Source of the DNA: Octopus bimaculoides
Taxonomy: Eukaryota
Length of the DNA stretch: 57,673 nucleotides
Reading direction: 5' to 3'
Assembly (NCBI RefSeq): GCF_001194135.2
Contig: NC_069003.1
Coordinates: 12,293,372-12,351,044 of the forward strand
A model generated the notes under the pieces. The model did no database searches, was not told where the DNA came from, and worked only from the letters and a program-made list of their open reading frames with translations. Below are positions 36,055 through 48,695 of the stretch, piece by piece. Every line of letters begins with the position of its first letter. The first letter of the stretch is position 1. The position numbers and the translations under genes are program-made.

Positions 36055-36455
36055 TGTGGCTGGGTCGTAAGAAGCTTACTTCTCAACCATATGATTCCAG
36101 GTTCAGTCCCACTGCATGGCACCTTGGGCAAGTGTCTTCTACTATAGCCTCAGGCTGACCAAAGCCTTATGAGAGGATTTGGTAGACGGAAACTGAAAGA
36201 AGCCCATCATATATGTGTGTGTGTGTGTGTATGTGTGTGTGTGTGTATTTGTGCCTATGTTCCCCCCACCGCTTCATAACCGGTGTTGGTGTGTTTACGC
36301 CTCCATCACTTCGCGGTTCAGCAGAAGAGACCAATAGGATAAGTACTAGGTTGAAAAAAAGGGCCAAGAATTAATTTGTTTGATTAAATAGCCTTTCAAG
36401 GTGGTGCTCCAGCATGGCTGCAGTCAAATGACTGAAACAAATAAAAAATGAAAAA
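36055..36455 (+). mobile_element. SINE family B full length
   Basis: Same consensus as 34586-34948. Confidence 0.9.
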
Positions 36456-36794
36456 TAGGTTGTTCCAGAGAGGGAGTAATTCTTACAAAATGAACATAAG
36501 GAAAGAGTAAACAGCATTATAGTAAACGGACAGCTAACAAGTGAACAAAAACTTAATGAACTAGTAAAAAGTGAACAGTAAAACAGTGAACAGTTTCATA
36601 ATGAACTGTTAAATGACAAGCAACAACCACGAAATGTATTGTATGTGTCTGTCTATTTGTCTGTCTGTCTGTGGTTATGTATATCATTTCTATTCATACA
36701 AACATTTTAAAGTGTTATTTTTTATTTTTTGCCCTTTTCTTTCTCTTGATAAATTTGTATCTTGTTTTGCTTGTTCATTTGTTTGTTCATTCGT

Positions 36795-36872
36795 TTGTAT
36801 ACATTCTGTTGTATACATTCTGTTGAATACATTCTGTTGTATATATTCTGTTGTATATATTCTGTTGTATAT
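36795..36872. repeat. 14-bp tandem repeat (TATACATTCTGTTG) x ~5
   Basis: Direct reading. Confidence 0.9.
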
Positions 36873-37995
36873 GCATTTAACGTTTTGCTTAATGGTGTCA
36901 TTTATATATGTATTTTTTAAGTCTTGTCTTGTTATTTACTTCTTTAATAGGCGAATTATCTTTTCTGCTACAATCTTGATAATTTGTTTAATTGAAGGAT
37001 CTACATTCCTTTCTTTTTCTCATTCAAATAAAACACCTTTTAGTACGTCCTTGTAAGTTGACAAAACTTGCTCGCTAAGATCACATGGAGTAACAATTAT
37101 CGGGCATTCAATATCATGACGCGTTATTAGCTTATGAGTCATCACTATATGAAGTTCATACTCCCATTCTCTTTATAGTCAATGCGGAACCTCAAGATAT
37201 AAGTCAATTGTATTGAAACTTGGTATGGATACTATATTTGCTGTTTTGCATTCTGGTATGTAGAAATATGTATTCGTTACAACCTATAATCTATGAAATC
37301 CAAAATTTGACCAAAAATAGCGATTTAAAAAATTTTTTGATTGCGTTGCAGAGCCTGAAAAAATATTTAACCACAAAGTTCTTTATAACCTTTCTTTTAA
37401 CCCTAATTCACAACAANNNNNNNNNNNNNNNNNNNNNNNNNNNNNNNNNNNNNNNNNNNNNNNNNNNNNNNNNNNNNNNNNNNNNNNNNNNNNNNNNNNN
37501 NNNNNNNNNNNNNNNNNNNNNNNNNNNNNNNNNNNNNNNNNNNNNNNNNNNNNNNNNNNNNNNNNNNNNNNNNNNNNNNNNNNNNNNNNNNNNNNNNNNN
37601 NNNNNNNNNNNNNNNNNNNNNNNNNNNNNNNNNNNNNNNNNNNNNNNNNNNNNNNNNNNNNNNNNNNNNNNNNNNNNNNNNNNNNNNNNNNNNNNNNNNN
37701 NNNNNNNNNNNNNNNNNNNNNNNNNNNNNNNNNNNNNNNNNNNNNNNNNNNNNNNNNNNNNNNNNNNNNNNNNNNNNNNNNNNNNNNNNNTATATATATA
37801 TATATGCATATATATATATACATATATATATATATGGGGTTACTGAAAAGTTCTTGACTTTGGGTAAAATAATATACATGTTTAGAAAAAAATCAGAACT
37901 CTGCAAAAATCCGGTACAAATTCTTCATGGTTCAAAACATTGCTTACTTTTTATTCAACCTGATATATATAGATAGATATAGACATAGTAATATA

Positions 37996-38886
37996 TGTAA
38001 AGGTAAGATATTTGGATCAAGGAATAGGAAGTTGGTAAGCTGCAAGCAGTCCGTAGAAGGTATTAAAGACAACTTTCGGGAACAATAATGGTTTATTGAT
38101 GTAGAAGGTTGTAAATTTTTCCCATATCGAAGTTCGATAAACTGAAAAAAATTATTCAACGGTTCATGGTTAGCAGCTGAGGTTGCTGTGTATATGAATA
38201 AAAATCTCAAATTAGAGAACAGAACAGGTAAAATCCAGGCTACAAATGTTTCATAACTAGCAGAACCTTGGAAGATGCAATTACCCAAACAAGAGTTAAT
38301 CTGCTAGCTACTCGTCAGGCCAAAGATACCTTAATCAAGTGAATTTTATATTGTCATCAATAGATCCCATGTTAAGTTGCAGGAGACTTGATCGAAAATC
38401 ATTTGATTAAGGTATGTTTGGCCCAATGAGTAGCTAGTGGATTATCCCTCATTTGGGTAATTACTGCTTCCAAGTAGTAATTTCAGCTAGCTAGGAAACA
38501 AATGTAGCCTAGATTTTATCCACTCTATTCCCTAAATTTGGATATAAGGCTTTATTTCCACATATGCCAGCTTAATTTAATTCGTTCTTAGTCGAAAGAC
38601 ACCTGTTGCTATGTCCTGTTATTTGTATTTGTGTAACATTCTCCGTTTTTTTCCCATCCTTGTTTTCGTATACATTTGCTGCTTTTTTCCAAGGAATCTA
38701 ATGCTCTTAGCTTAGTTTTTCCTTGGGGCTGGCCAGATTGAAGCAATCTTGAGTACAACTAGCTGAAATTGCAAAGATAATCTGGAACTCGACTGAGGAA
38801 AGAAAACTCTGAATGACCCATCCTTGTTTTCTTTGTATCGTTTATCTGGATGTTTTGCGTTCATGTCCCATTTTGTATTTTATACA
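37996..38886. mobile_element. Possible solo LTR
   Basis: TGTA...TACA termini, TATA on both flanks, internal AATAAA, ~890 bp of non-microsatellite sequence in a TA-rich site. Flank identity is weak evidence in this context. Confidence 0.35.
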
Positions 38887-38900
38887 TATATATATGTGTG

Positions 38901-39007
<107 letters not shown>

Positions 39008-39339
39008 ATACACAGACTCATATAGATAGATGTATAGATATAGAAAAAATGCATTGCGGTGATGTATAGAAAAACTGACTGCCAGTCAGACAGATAAACT
39101 GACAGACTGACAAGGAGAGTCAAAGTGACACAGACAGGTGGTCAGAGAATGTGTTGGAACTGCCAGCAGCCATTTAGCTGCATGTCAACACCATCACTAT
39201 GACCACTGTCAGTACCACCTCCCCCGCAATCAATAACACCACCACCACCACCACCACCACCACCACCTATGTTAAGTAGATTAACAGATTAACACACTCA
39301 AGAAACCCGATTGGGTTACATTGAAAAAGCAAGCAAGAA

Positions 39340-40080
39340 AGAAAGAAATGAAATGGTTGAACATCTTTTCATTCAGCCAGTCATATTCATTCACTGAAAT
39401 ACTCCTTCGTTTGTTCATTCTCTCACGTTCTCTTTTTCATTTAATCTTTTCTTTTTCACTTACTCATATTCATTATTTCATTCATTTCATTCAGCCATTT
39501 ATTCTCTCATTTACTCATTCACTTTTCTTTCATTCATTTAATTGGTCTCTCATTCATTCACTTATTCTTGCTATTTCATTCATCATTCACACGCATTCAT
39601 CATTCACACGATCTCTCATTTACATTTCACACAATCTCTCATTTATTCAGTCTTTCATTCATTCACTCACTCATTCACCATTTGGTCATTCATTCAGTCT
39701 CTCATTACTTTATCTTCTATTCACTCACTCTTTCATATTCGTTCACTCATATTCATCCATCATTCACCTGTTTATTCAATTTCTCATTTACTCTGTTCTT
39801 CATTCACTCAATCTTTCATTCATTCATTCATACTCATTCAGCATCATTTAATTCATTTGTTCTCTCATTCCCTCAGTCATTCAATTCCTCAAACACATAC
39901 ACCCAGTCTCTCATTCACTCATTCATTCACTCTTTCATTCACCCATTCATTCATTCACTTACACTCTCACTCATTCATATATATCCATCTAGTCCTCTCA
40001 TTCAATCAGTCATTCATTTATTCACTTACATCAATTCTGATTCATTCACTCTTTCAGTCACATTCTCTTTCAATCATTCA
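39340..40080. repeat. Degenerate (CATT/TTCA)n tetranucleotide array
   Basis: Direct reading; source of the S/F/I/H-rich ORFs. Confidence 0.9.
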
Positions 40081-40305
40081 GCTTGTAAGGTGATCCCCCA
40101 CCCCACCCCAACCAATGTCAAATGTCTGTCCTCAGTGTACCAGGATATGGTGGGGTGCAGAACTGTCTAGGCAGCATTACAGGTCCCTGGTCAAACCAAA
40201 CTAACAATCCCAATAAAATTTTTTCGACATACTTTGATTAGAACCAGACCCCTCAACTTGTGAAGTGTCCAGGCAACAATACAATAAGCTGTATGGTAGT
40301 TATTT

Positions 40306-40650
40306 GTGAAGGCACATGACTCAGTGGTTAGAGCATCGGGCTCACGATCATGAGGTAGCGAGTTTGATTCCTGGACTGGGCTGTGTGTTGTGTTCTTGAG
40401 CAAGACACTTTATTTCACATTGCTTCAGTTCACTCAACTGTAGAAATAAGTTGTGGCATCACTGGTGCCAAGCTGTATCAGCCTTTGCCTTTCCCTTGGA
40501 CAACATCGGTGGTGTGGAGAGCAGAGACAGGTACACATGGGCAACTGCTGGTCTTCCATGAACAGCCTTGCCTGGACTTGTGCTTCAGAAGATAACTTTC
40601 TAGGTGCAATCTCATGGTCAGTCATGAATAAAGGGAGTCTTTATCCTTTA
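40306..40650 (+). mobile_element. SINE family D full length
   Basis: A/B-box-like head, TTGAGCAAGACACTTTATTTCAC box, complete 3' half. Confidence 0.9.
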
Positions 40651-40763
40651 TAATATTTATTTAACATACATAGACCAAAGTTGGGTCTTTGAACCAGTGA
40701 GACCCCAGGGCAAATCAATGCCCTGTAGTATTTATTTATTGACAGCAAGCCATAACACACAGA

Positions 40764-41020
40764 GTGGAGGCACGTGGCTTAGTGGTTAGGGTATTGGACT
40801 CATGATCATAAGATTGGGATTTCGATTCCTGGACCAGGTAATGCATTGTGTTCTTGAGCAAAACACTTCACTTCACATTGCTCCAGTCCACTCAGCTGGC
40901 AAAAATGAGTAATCTTGTGACAGACTGGCATCCTGTCCAGGTGGGGAATTTATACACCATGAAATTGGGAAACCAACCCTTGTGAGTTGGTATGACTTGA
41001 AAAGGTAATTTTACTTTACA
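40764..41020 (+). mobile_element. SINE family D variant (different 3' tail)
   Basis: TGGCTTAGTGG A-box, ATTTCGATTCC B-box-like, CAGCTGGCAAAAATGAGTA box; 3' part differs from 40306-40650. Confidence 0.8.
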
Positions 41021-41279
41021 ACACACAGATCAGAATTGGGACCCCAGGCCTGTGAGACCTCCAGGGCAAATCAATACATTGAATTGTAAAGTATATATGT
41101 CTATTGACAGCAAACCACAACATAGACTAGAAATGGGCCCCAAAACCTGCGAAGCCCCTGAGCAACTGCCCTGTGTACCTCAGGACAGTATTGGTGGGGT
41201 GTAGATGGAGAAAGAGAACTAATGTGAAATTTATTAGAGAAAATTTGGAGGTTGAAATTAATTCCTGCAGTTGAAATTA

Positions 41280-41425
41280 AGTCCATTTTCATATTTTTTT
41301 CTTATTTTCCTAGGGTTTTAAAATTGAGATTGGAGAGATGGTAAAAGTGTGATTTGAACTCAAAGTGCACAGAACAGGAACAAATAGTATGAGACATCCT
41401 GTCTGATGCTCTAATGACTCTGCCA
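41280..41425 (-). mobile_element. SINE family A (diverged fragment)
   Basis: GATTTGAACTCA and AATGACTCTGCCAATTCACC are reverse complements of the family A head. Confidence 0.55.
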
Positions 41426-41526
41426 ATTCACCATCTAAATCCTAAAAATAAATGAAAAGAGTTGTGTTGTTATAACTGACCCTTGAATGGGTTCACTGTG
41501 AAATTGGTTTAAAGGCTTGAGGGATT

Positions 41527-41754
41527 TTAACCTTTTAGCATTCAGATTTCTCTGTGAAATGTAAACTTTATTTATATCCATTGTTTTGAATTAATCATGC
41601 AGTACCCTGTAGCTTTGAGGTTTCAATTATGTAGTTGTTTATTTTAAAAATAATATTGTAGGGTAAGTCTGAGAGGCCAAATCTGGCTTGTTCGATGATA
41701 AAACAGGTAGATTATTTTGGCCCAATATGGTCGATTTGAATGCTAAAGGATTAA
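41527..41754. mobile_element. TTAA-flanked MITE, complete
   Basis: TTAACCTTTTAGCATTC ... GAATGCTAAAGGATTAA termini. Confidence 0.85.
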
Positions 41755-41756
41755 AT

Positions 41757-42345
41757 CCTCATCACCACCCTCTTCACAATTTCACATCTGTTTTCCATGC
41801 TGGCATGGGTTAGATGAGTTGATCAGAGCTGGTGAGCCAGAGAGCTGTATCAGGCTCCATGTCTGATTTGGCTTGGTTTCTATGGCTGGATGCCCTTCCT
41901 AACACCAACCACTTTACAGAGTTTACTGAATGTTTTTTACATGTTGCTGGCACAGGTGTCTTTTATGTATCGCTGGCAATGGCAATCATCCTGATTCACT
42001 TACCTTGACCTGTCTTCTCAAGCATAGCAAATCAACAGAAGTCTTTGTCACTTGTCATTGCTTCATGTGCCACCAGCTCAGGTGTCTTTTATGTGTCACC
42101 AACACTAGCGACACATGGAAGTCCTTCCTTTAACGTGACACCAGTACAAGTGCCTTTTATGTGACACCAGCACGGGTATCTTTTATGTGTCACTGGCATG
42201 GGTCCCTTTCATCTGTCACCAGCACTGGTACCTTTCATGTGTCACTGGCACATAGATGCCTTTTACGTGTCACTGGCATAGGTGCCTTTTATGTATCATC
42301 AGCACACAGGTGCCTTTCATGTGTCACCAGTGCACAGGTATTTTT
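41757..42345 (-). mobile_element. RTE 3' UTR (family C) with an expanded ~28-bp tandem array
   Basis: TTTCCATGCTGGCATGGGTT...; GTGCCTTTTATGTGTCACCAGCAC-like unit repeated about 9 times at 42075-42340. Confidence 0.8.
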
Positions 42346-43595
42346 TATTTGTCTCTACTTTTGAATGCCTTGATAAGAACCCTCAGCTAACAAAGGCTCA
42401 CCTAAAAGAAAAAAAACCCCAAAAGACCCCTTTCGGAATGGCTTGTTAATCCTGGTCATCTCATACACACACACACACAGGCATACACACACACACACGC
42501 ACACACACACACACACACACACACTTATGATCAGCATAAGGTGATGGACACGAGGTCATTTTAAATGCTACAAATGTTAGCCAAATAAACAATGTAGCAA
42601 TATTGATTGCATTGACGCACTGTGTAGCCATTGCTGAAACAGACTCAGCAAGTTGATGTTTACTGGACAGACAGACATTGCATATCAGACACTCATTTAT
42701 ATATATATATATATANNNNNNNNNNNNNNNNNNNNNNNNNNNNNNNNNNNNNNNNNNNNNNNNNNNNNNNNNNNNNNNNNNNNNNNNNNNNNNNNNNNNN
42801 NNNNNNNNNNNNNNNNNNNNNNNNNNNNNNNNNNNNNNNNNNNNNNNNNNNNNNNNNNNNNNNNNNNNNNNNNNNNNNNNNNNNNNNNNNNNNNNNNNNN
42901 NNNNNNNNNNNNNNNNNNNNNNNNNNNNNNNNNNNNNNNNNNNNNNNNNNNNNNNNNNNNNNNNNNNNNNNNNNNNNNNNNNNNNNNNNNNNNNNNNNNN
43001 NNNNNNNNNNNNNNNNNNNNNNNNNNNNNNNNNNNNNNNNNNNNNNNNNNNNNNNNNNNNNNNNNNNNNATATATATATATATATATATATATATACAAA
43101 ATGTCTTATTCTTTTTATACATTTATATATATATATATATATATATTTCTTTCTTCATATCTTTTGATTTCCTACGTTTGGTCATTCTATGCAAACCCAT
43201 GTTAATGTTGGCAATTTAATTAAGTCTAGGCAGTCGATCCTCGTTAGATGTGAGCTATGTAGTCCATTAGTCTGGCTAATAAGCAATATTTGAGCAGTGA
43301 TAAAGAAAATTGACTTTCTAATCGTAATAACACAGTGGAGTTGGGTGTTGTTGGTGTGTTCTTTCTGAATTTTTCTGTAATGCCTTCATCAAACTCAATT
43401 ATTTTGGTTGGTTTAAAGGACCAGGAAGGAGGGTGGGGGGAGAAGAGTGCTGATTTGTAGTAAATTAATAGTCCTTACAAATCTCTTGCAAGCCTTGGAA
43501 AATATTATTGCTGTGTGTGTGTTTGTGTAGGTAGGCACCGATGTGACTATGCGGTAACAAGCTTGCTTCCCAACCACATGGTTCTGGGTTCAGAA

Positions 43596-43696
43596 CTATA
43601 TGTCCATCAAATTTGAAAATGAGTAAAATCAGAGAAAAATTATTGAAAGGCAAAACATTCTGATTTTACTCATTCTCAGATTTGATGGACATATAG
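43596..43696. repeat. Fold-back hairpin (38-bp arms, 25-nt loop)
   Basis: CTATATGTCCATCAAATTTGAAAATGAGTAAAATCAGA / TCTGATTTTACTCATTCTCAGATTTGATGGACATATAG; 2 mismatches. Confidence 0.9.
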
Positions 43697-43852
43697 CAGT
43701 ACATAAGCCAACTCAAGAAATCTCAAGTGAGACTTTTTATTGATGTACCTCAAGAGACCCAGAACAAGTTGAAGCATGTGTTGTACCCAATAAAGCCTAT
43801 TACACATTCCATCTAATATCTTATTAATACTATATATATATATATATATGTA

Positions 43853-44070
43853 TCATCATCATCACCATCATCGTCATCAGCATCATTATTTAACGTCCAC
43901 TTTCCATGCTGACATAGGTTGGATGGTTTGACTGAGGACTGGCAAGCCAGAAGGCTGCACCAAGCTCCAATCTGGTCTGGCAGAGTTTCTACAGCTGGAT
44001 GCCCTTCCTAATGCCAGTCACTCCGAGAGTGTAGTGGGTGCTTTTTATATGCCTCCGGCACAAGGACCAA
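43853..44070 (-). mobile_element. RTE 3' UTR end (family C)
   Basis: TTTAACGTCCACTTTCCATGCT...GGATGCCCTTCCTAATGCCA. Confidence 0.8.
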
Positions 44071-44077
44071 TATGCTT

Positions 44078-44234
44078 TTTATCTTTATTTTGTTTCAGTC
44101 ATTGGTCTGTGGCCATGCTGGGGCACCACCCTAAAGCCCAGGACTTATTTTTAAGCTTGGTTCCATCAGTCTTCCGCTGAGCCACTAAGTTATGGGGACA
44201 TATAGAAACCAACACCAGTTGTCAAGCAGTGGTT

Positions 44235-44283
<49 letters not shown>

Positions 44284-44425
44284 ATGGGCTTTTTTCAGTT
44301 TCTGTGCACCAAATCCATTCACAAAGTTAGCTTCAAGGCCATAGTAGAAGATTCTCTTCCAAGGTGGAGTTGAACCTGAAACTGTGTAGTTGGAAAGCAA
44401 ACTTCTTACCACACAGCCATGCCTG
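44078..44425 (-). mobile_element. SINE family B full length
   Basis: Both halves present with internal (CA)n. Confidence 0.85.
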
Positions 44426-44698
44426 CATCTCTCTCTATCCCTGTCTACCTGTCTCTCTCCTCTCTATCTATATGTGTGTATGTGTGTGTGTGTCTGTGTG
44501 TGCATGTGTGTGTGTGCATGCATGTGCGTGTGTGCATATATATATATATATTTATATATATATATACTCGTATTAAAGCTGCAAAATTTTCATGAGCAAT
44601 TTGTGAAGATTTTGCAGCTGTAATGAAAACATATAACTCTACCTTTGGTATTTGAGTACTATTTTTCCCCCACTTATTTTTCATCTATGTGCTTACTC

Positions 44699-44797
<99 letters not shown>

Positions 44798-45334
44798 TAC
44801 ATACATGTATATATACATACATGTATATATATATTGCATGTATATTTGTGGGTGGGTGTGCTCGTCCATTTCCTGTACACATATTTGAGAGGTTTGACTG
44901 TGAACTCACTGGATTTTTACCTAGATATACTCAGGACAAACCACTAAGACTGACTGTCTGCATCTTTTATCCATGCCATTAAAGCATGAACTTTCAGGAT
45001 ATCTACCCATCTCTGAAAAATTACTATGATTTCTAATTTTCCTGATTTTCCAGTTTTTCTGCTTAATATATGTATTTTTATACTCGCTTCTATAGAACTA
45101 TTCTATAAATACTCCGACGCCATTAACAACTGTCTATCCAGCTTTTATTTTATTAAACTTTCATTAGCTCGACTGATACATTGCCTAAAGCCAGCTCTAG
45201 CCCGAACTTCGTCTTCATTTGTTCACTGTTGGATTATAGGTATCTGGTCTACTCTGAGCACTAATTGACTCTATCTATTATATACCACATTTTTAATGTA
45301 TTCTTATCCATTACATATATGCGTGTATGTATGT

Positions 45335-45640
45335 GTGAAAGCACATGGCGCAGTGTTTAGAGAATTAGGTTTACAATTGTGAAGTTTTGAGTTCAATTCC
45401 TGGACTGGGTGGTGTTGTGTTCTTTATTTCACATTGCACCAGTTCACTCAGTTGTACAAATAAGTCATGACATCACTGGTGCCTACCTGTATCAGTCTTT
45501 GCCTGCCCCTTGGACATCATCGGTGGCATGGAGTGGGGAGACTGGAACACATGGGTGACTGCTGGTCTTCCACAAACACTCTTGCCCAGACCTGTACTTC
45601 AGAGGCTAATCCCATCGTCATTTGTGACTGAAAGAAGTTT
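45335..45640 (+). mobile_element. SINE family D
   Basis: GCACATGGCGCAGTG head, GAGTTCAATTCC B-box, 3' half as in 40306-40650. Confidence 0.85.
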
Positions 45641-45649
45641 TTACACTTA

Positions 45650-45688
<39 letters not shown>

Positions 45689-46775
45689 NNNNNNNNNNNN
45701 NNNNNNNNNNNNNNNNNNNNNNNNNNNNNNNNNNNNNNNNNNNNNNNNNNNNNNNNNNNNNNNNNNNNNNNNNNNNNNNNNNNNNNNNNNNNNNNNNNNN
45801 NNNNNNNNNNNNNNNNNNNNNNNNNNNNNNNNNNNNNNNNNNNNNNNNNNNNNNNNNNNNNNNNNNNNNNNNNNNNNNNNNNNNNNNNNNNNNNNNNNNN
45901 NNNNNNNNNNNNNNNNNNNNNNNNNNNNNNNNNNNNNNNNNNNNNNNNNNNNNNNNNNNNNNNNNNNNNNNNNNNNNNNNNNNNNNNNNNNNNNNNNNNN
46001 NNNNNNNNNNNNNNNNNNNNNNNNNNNNNNNNNNNNNNNNNNNNNNNNNNNNNNNNNNNNNNNNNNNNNNNNNNNNNNNNNNNNNNNNNNNNNNNNNNNN
46101 NNNNNNNNNNNNNNNNNNNNNNNNNNNNNNNNNNNNNNNNNNNNNNNNNNNNNNNNNNNNNNNNNNNNNNNNNNNNNNNNNNNNNNNNNNNNNNNNNNNN
46201 NNNNNNNNNNNNNNNNNNNNNNNNNNNNNNNNNNNNNNNNNNNNNNNNNNNNNNNNNNNNNNNNNNNNNNNNNNNNNNNNNNNNNNNNNNNNNNNNNNNN
46301 NNNNNNNNNNNNNNNNNNNNNNNNNNNNNNNNNNNNNNNNNNNNNNNNNNNNNNNNNNNNNNNNNNNNNNNNNNNNNNNNNNNNNNNNNNNNNNNNNNNN
46401 NNNNNNNNNNNNNNNNNNNNNNNNNNNNNNNNNNNNNNNNNNNNNNNNNNNNNNNNNNNNNNNNNNNNNNATATACTCTCTTACTTCTGCTAAATATTAA
46501 TAAAAATATATACATATACTCATATTTTGAGTTTTATTTTTCCTGTTTGCACCAACATACATACATACATATATACATACACACACACACACACACACAT
46601 ATATATATGTATGTATCTATATACGTATGTATATATGTATATATATATATGTGTGTGGGCATGTGTGTGTGTATATATGTTTGTATGGATCACAACTACC
46701 CGACGAAGAGGAATATGTAACTCTGAGTAGCAGCTTTTGTGATATTTTTGAGATGTTTTTGCAGCTTTAATAATA

Positions 46776-46817
<42 letters not shown>

Positions 46818-47167
46818 GCACATCTTCTTAAGCATAAACATACATCTCTACATGATTGTCAAAGACTCACAAGTGAAGCTTGAAAACAAAATATAAAAAA
46901 AAGTAATCAGAACATCTAAAACTCACAGTTTCTGGTGAATTGAAACTGGAGGAAATATTTTTTTAAATGATGTCAGGATTAATAAAAACTATTTATGGCC
47001 TCTCCAATACTTTCTCTGTCTTTTGATATTGTGTTTGATGACCTTTTCCTGATTTATAGGCTGCCTGCAAATAATTTGTCACTGGACTGCCATATTTTCA
47101 TGTTTGTTTTAGTTGTAGTTGTTCTTTGTCTTGTTGTTGTATATATGCCTCTTCTGCATATGTGTAC

Positions 47168-47198
<31 letters not shown>

Positions 47199-47385
47199 TG
47201 TGTGTGTGTGTGAGTGTGTGTGTGTGTATGTGTGCCAGTGTGGGTGTACTCAGATACATATATAGATGTGAGACATGTTATGTCCATTTTCTCTTCTTGT
47301 TTCCACACACACACACCTATATCTGTATGTGTGTGTGTGCGTTTGTTTGTGTATGTGTCTGTTTGTGTGTTTGTGTATATACATA

Positions 47386-47422
<37 letters not shown>

Positions 47423-47431
47423 TGTACACAT

Positions 47432-47476
<45 letters not shown>

Positions 47477-48074
47477 TTCCAATCAAGATTAGAGTGACGA
47501 AATCTGAATGAACAGGATCTGGTATCTCCAAAGGAACTGGTACATCCAGGAATTGGTATCTTCAAACAAGAACTGGTATATCCAGGAATTGGTATCTCCA
47601 AAGTCAGTCAGAAGGCCAAGCATGAGGATGTAAGCGAAGTACATCCTAGTATAACGATTAGGGTATAGCAAGGGGAAATCAGATACAGACTTCCCGTGAT
47701 GTATTATAAGATCCATGCTATTTCGTCTAGATGAAATCATACTAATACATGTGTATGTATTCATCTAATACATTGGAATAAATAAACATATTGGAATATT
47801 TACTGGCTGATGTCTGTTGATTTTGTATCCTATCCAGTTTCTTATTTGCTGTATACATATNNNNNNNNNNATTATTTAAATATTCCACTTAGGCATCACA
47901 AGATTTACAACCTGGTGCAGACCTCAGTATATGCCTTAATAACCATACATATGGGTTATTCAGGCATGCAAATATGAATCCACTGCATCATATAGCAGAA
48001 ACGGCTGTAAGCTATGTCCATAAAGTCCAAAAGATAATCATTTATTTGTTTGTCATCTCTCCTTCTGATATTAC

Positions 48075-48296
48075 TTAAACATTGGTTTCAAATTTTGGTA
48101 CAAGGCCAGCAAGTTCTGGGGAGGGGATAAGTCGAATGGATTGACGCTAATGATCAACTGGTACTTACTTGATTGACCTGGAAGGATGAAAGGTAAAGTT
48201 GACCATGGCAGAATTTGAACTCAGAGCGTAAACACAGACGAAATGCCGCTAAGCATTGTACCTGGTGTGCTAACAATTCTGCCAGCTCGATGCCTC
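48075..48296 (-). mobile_element. SINE family A
   Basis: GGATGAAAGGTAAAGTTGAC...GAATTTGAACTCAGA...GCCAGCTC. Confidence 0.85.
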
Positions 48297-48337
48297 ATAT
48301 TATTTAATTATCAATAATTGTATGTATGTATGTATGC

Positions 48338-48370
<33 letters not shown>

Positions 48371-48470
48371 TGTGTGTGTATGTATGTGTGTGAGTATGTA
48401 TGTATGCTTGCATGTATGTATGTATATGTATGTGTGTATGTATGTAAGTGTGTGTGTGTGTGTGTGTGTG

Positions 48471-48695
48471 TGTAATAGCATGTGTATGTAATAGCATGTG
48501 TATGTAATAGCATATGTATGTAATAGCATGCGTATGTAATAGCATGTGTGTGTGTGTGTGTGTGTGTAATAGCATGTGTATGTAATAGCATATGTATGTA
48601 ATAGCATGCGTATGTAATAGCATGTGTGTGTGTGTGTGTGTGTAATAGCATGTGTATGTAATAACATGTGTATGTAATAGCATGTGTGTGTGTGT
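48471..48695. repeat. 16-bp minisatellite (TAATAGCATGTGTATG) with higher-order structure
   Basis: Variant units recur in the same order between (TG)n spacers. Confidence 0.9.

Noticed and set aside
38793-38825. CTGAGGA motif suggesting another hammerhead
   Set aside because: No stem II followed by GAAA and no stem I pairing could be drawn.
42075-42340. CRISPR-like regular repeats (also 48471-48695, 47505-47610)
   Set aside because: No unique spacers, no cas genes, eukaryotic context; ordinary minisatellites.
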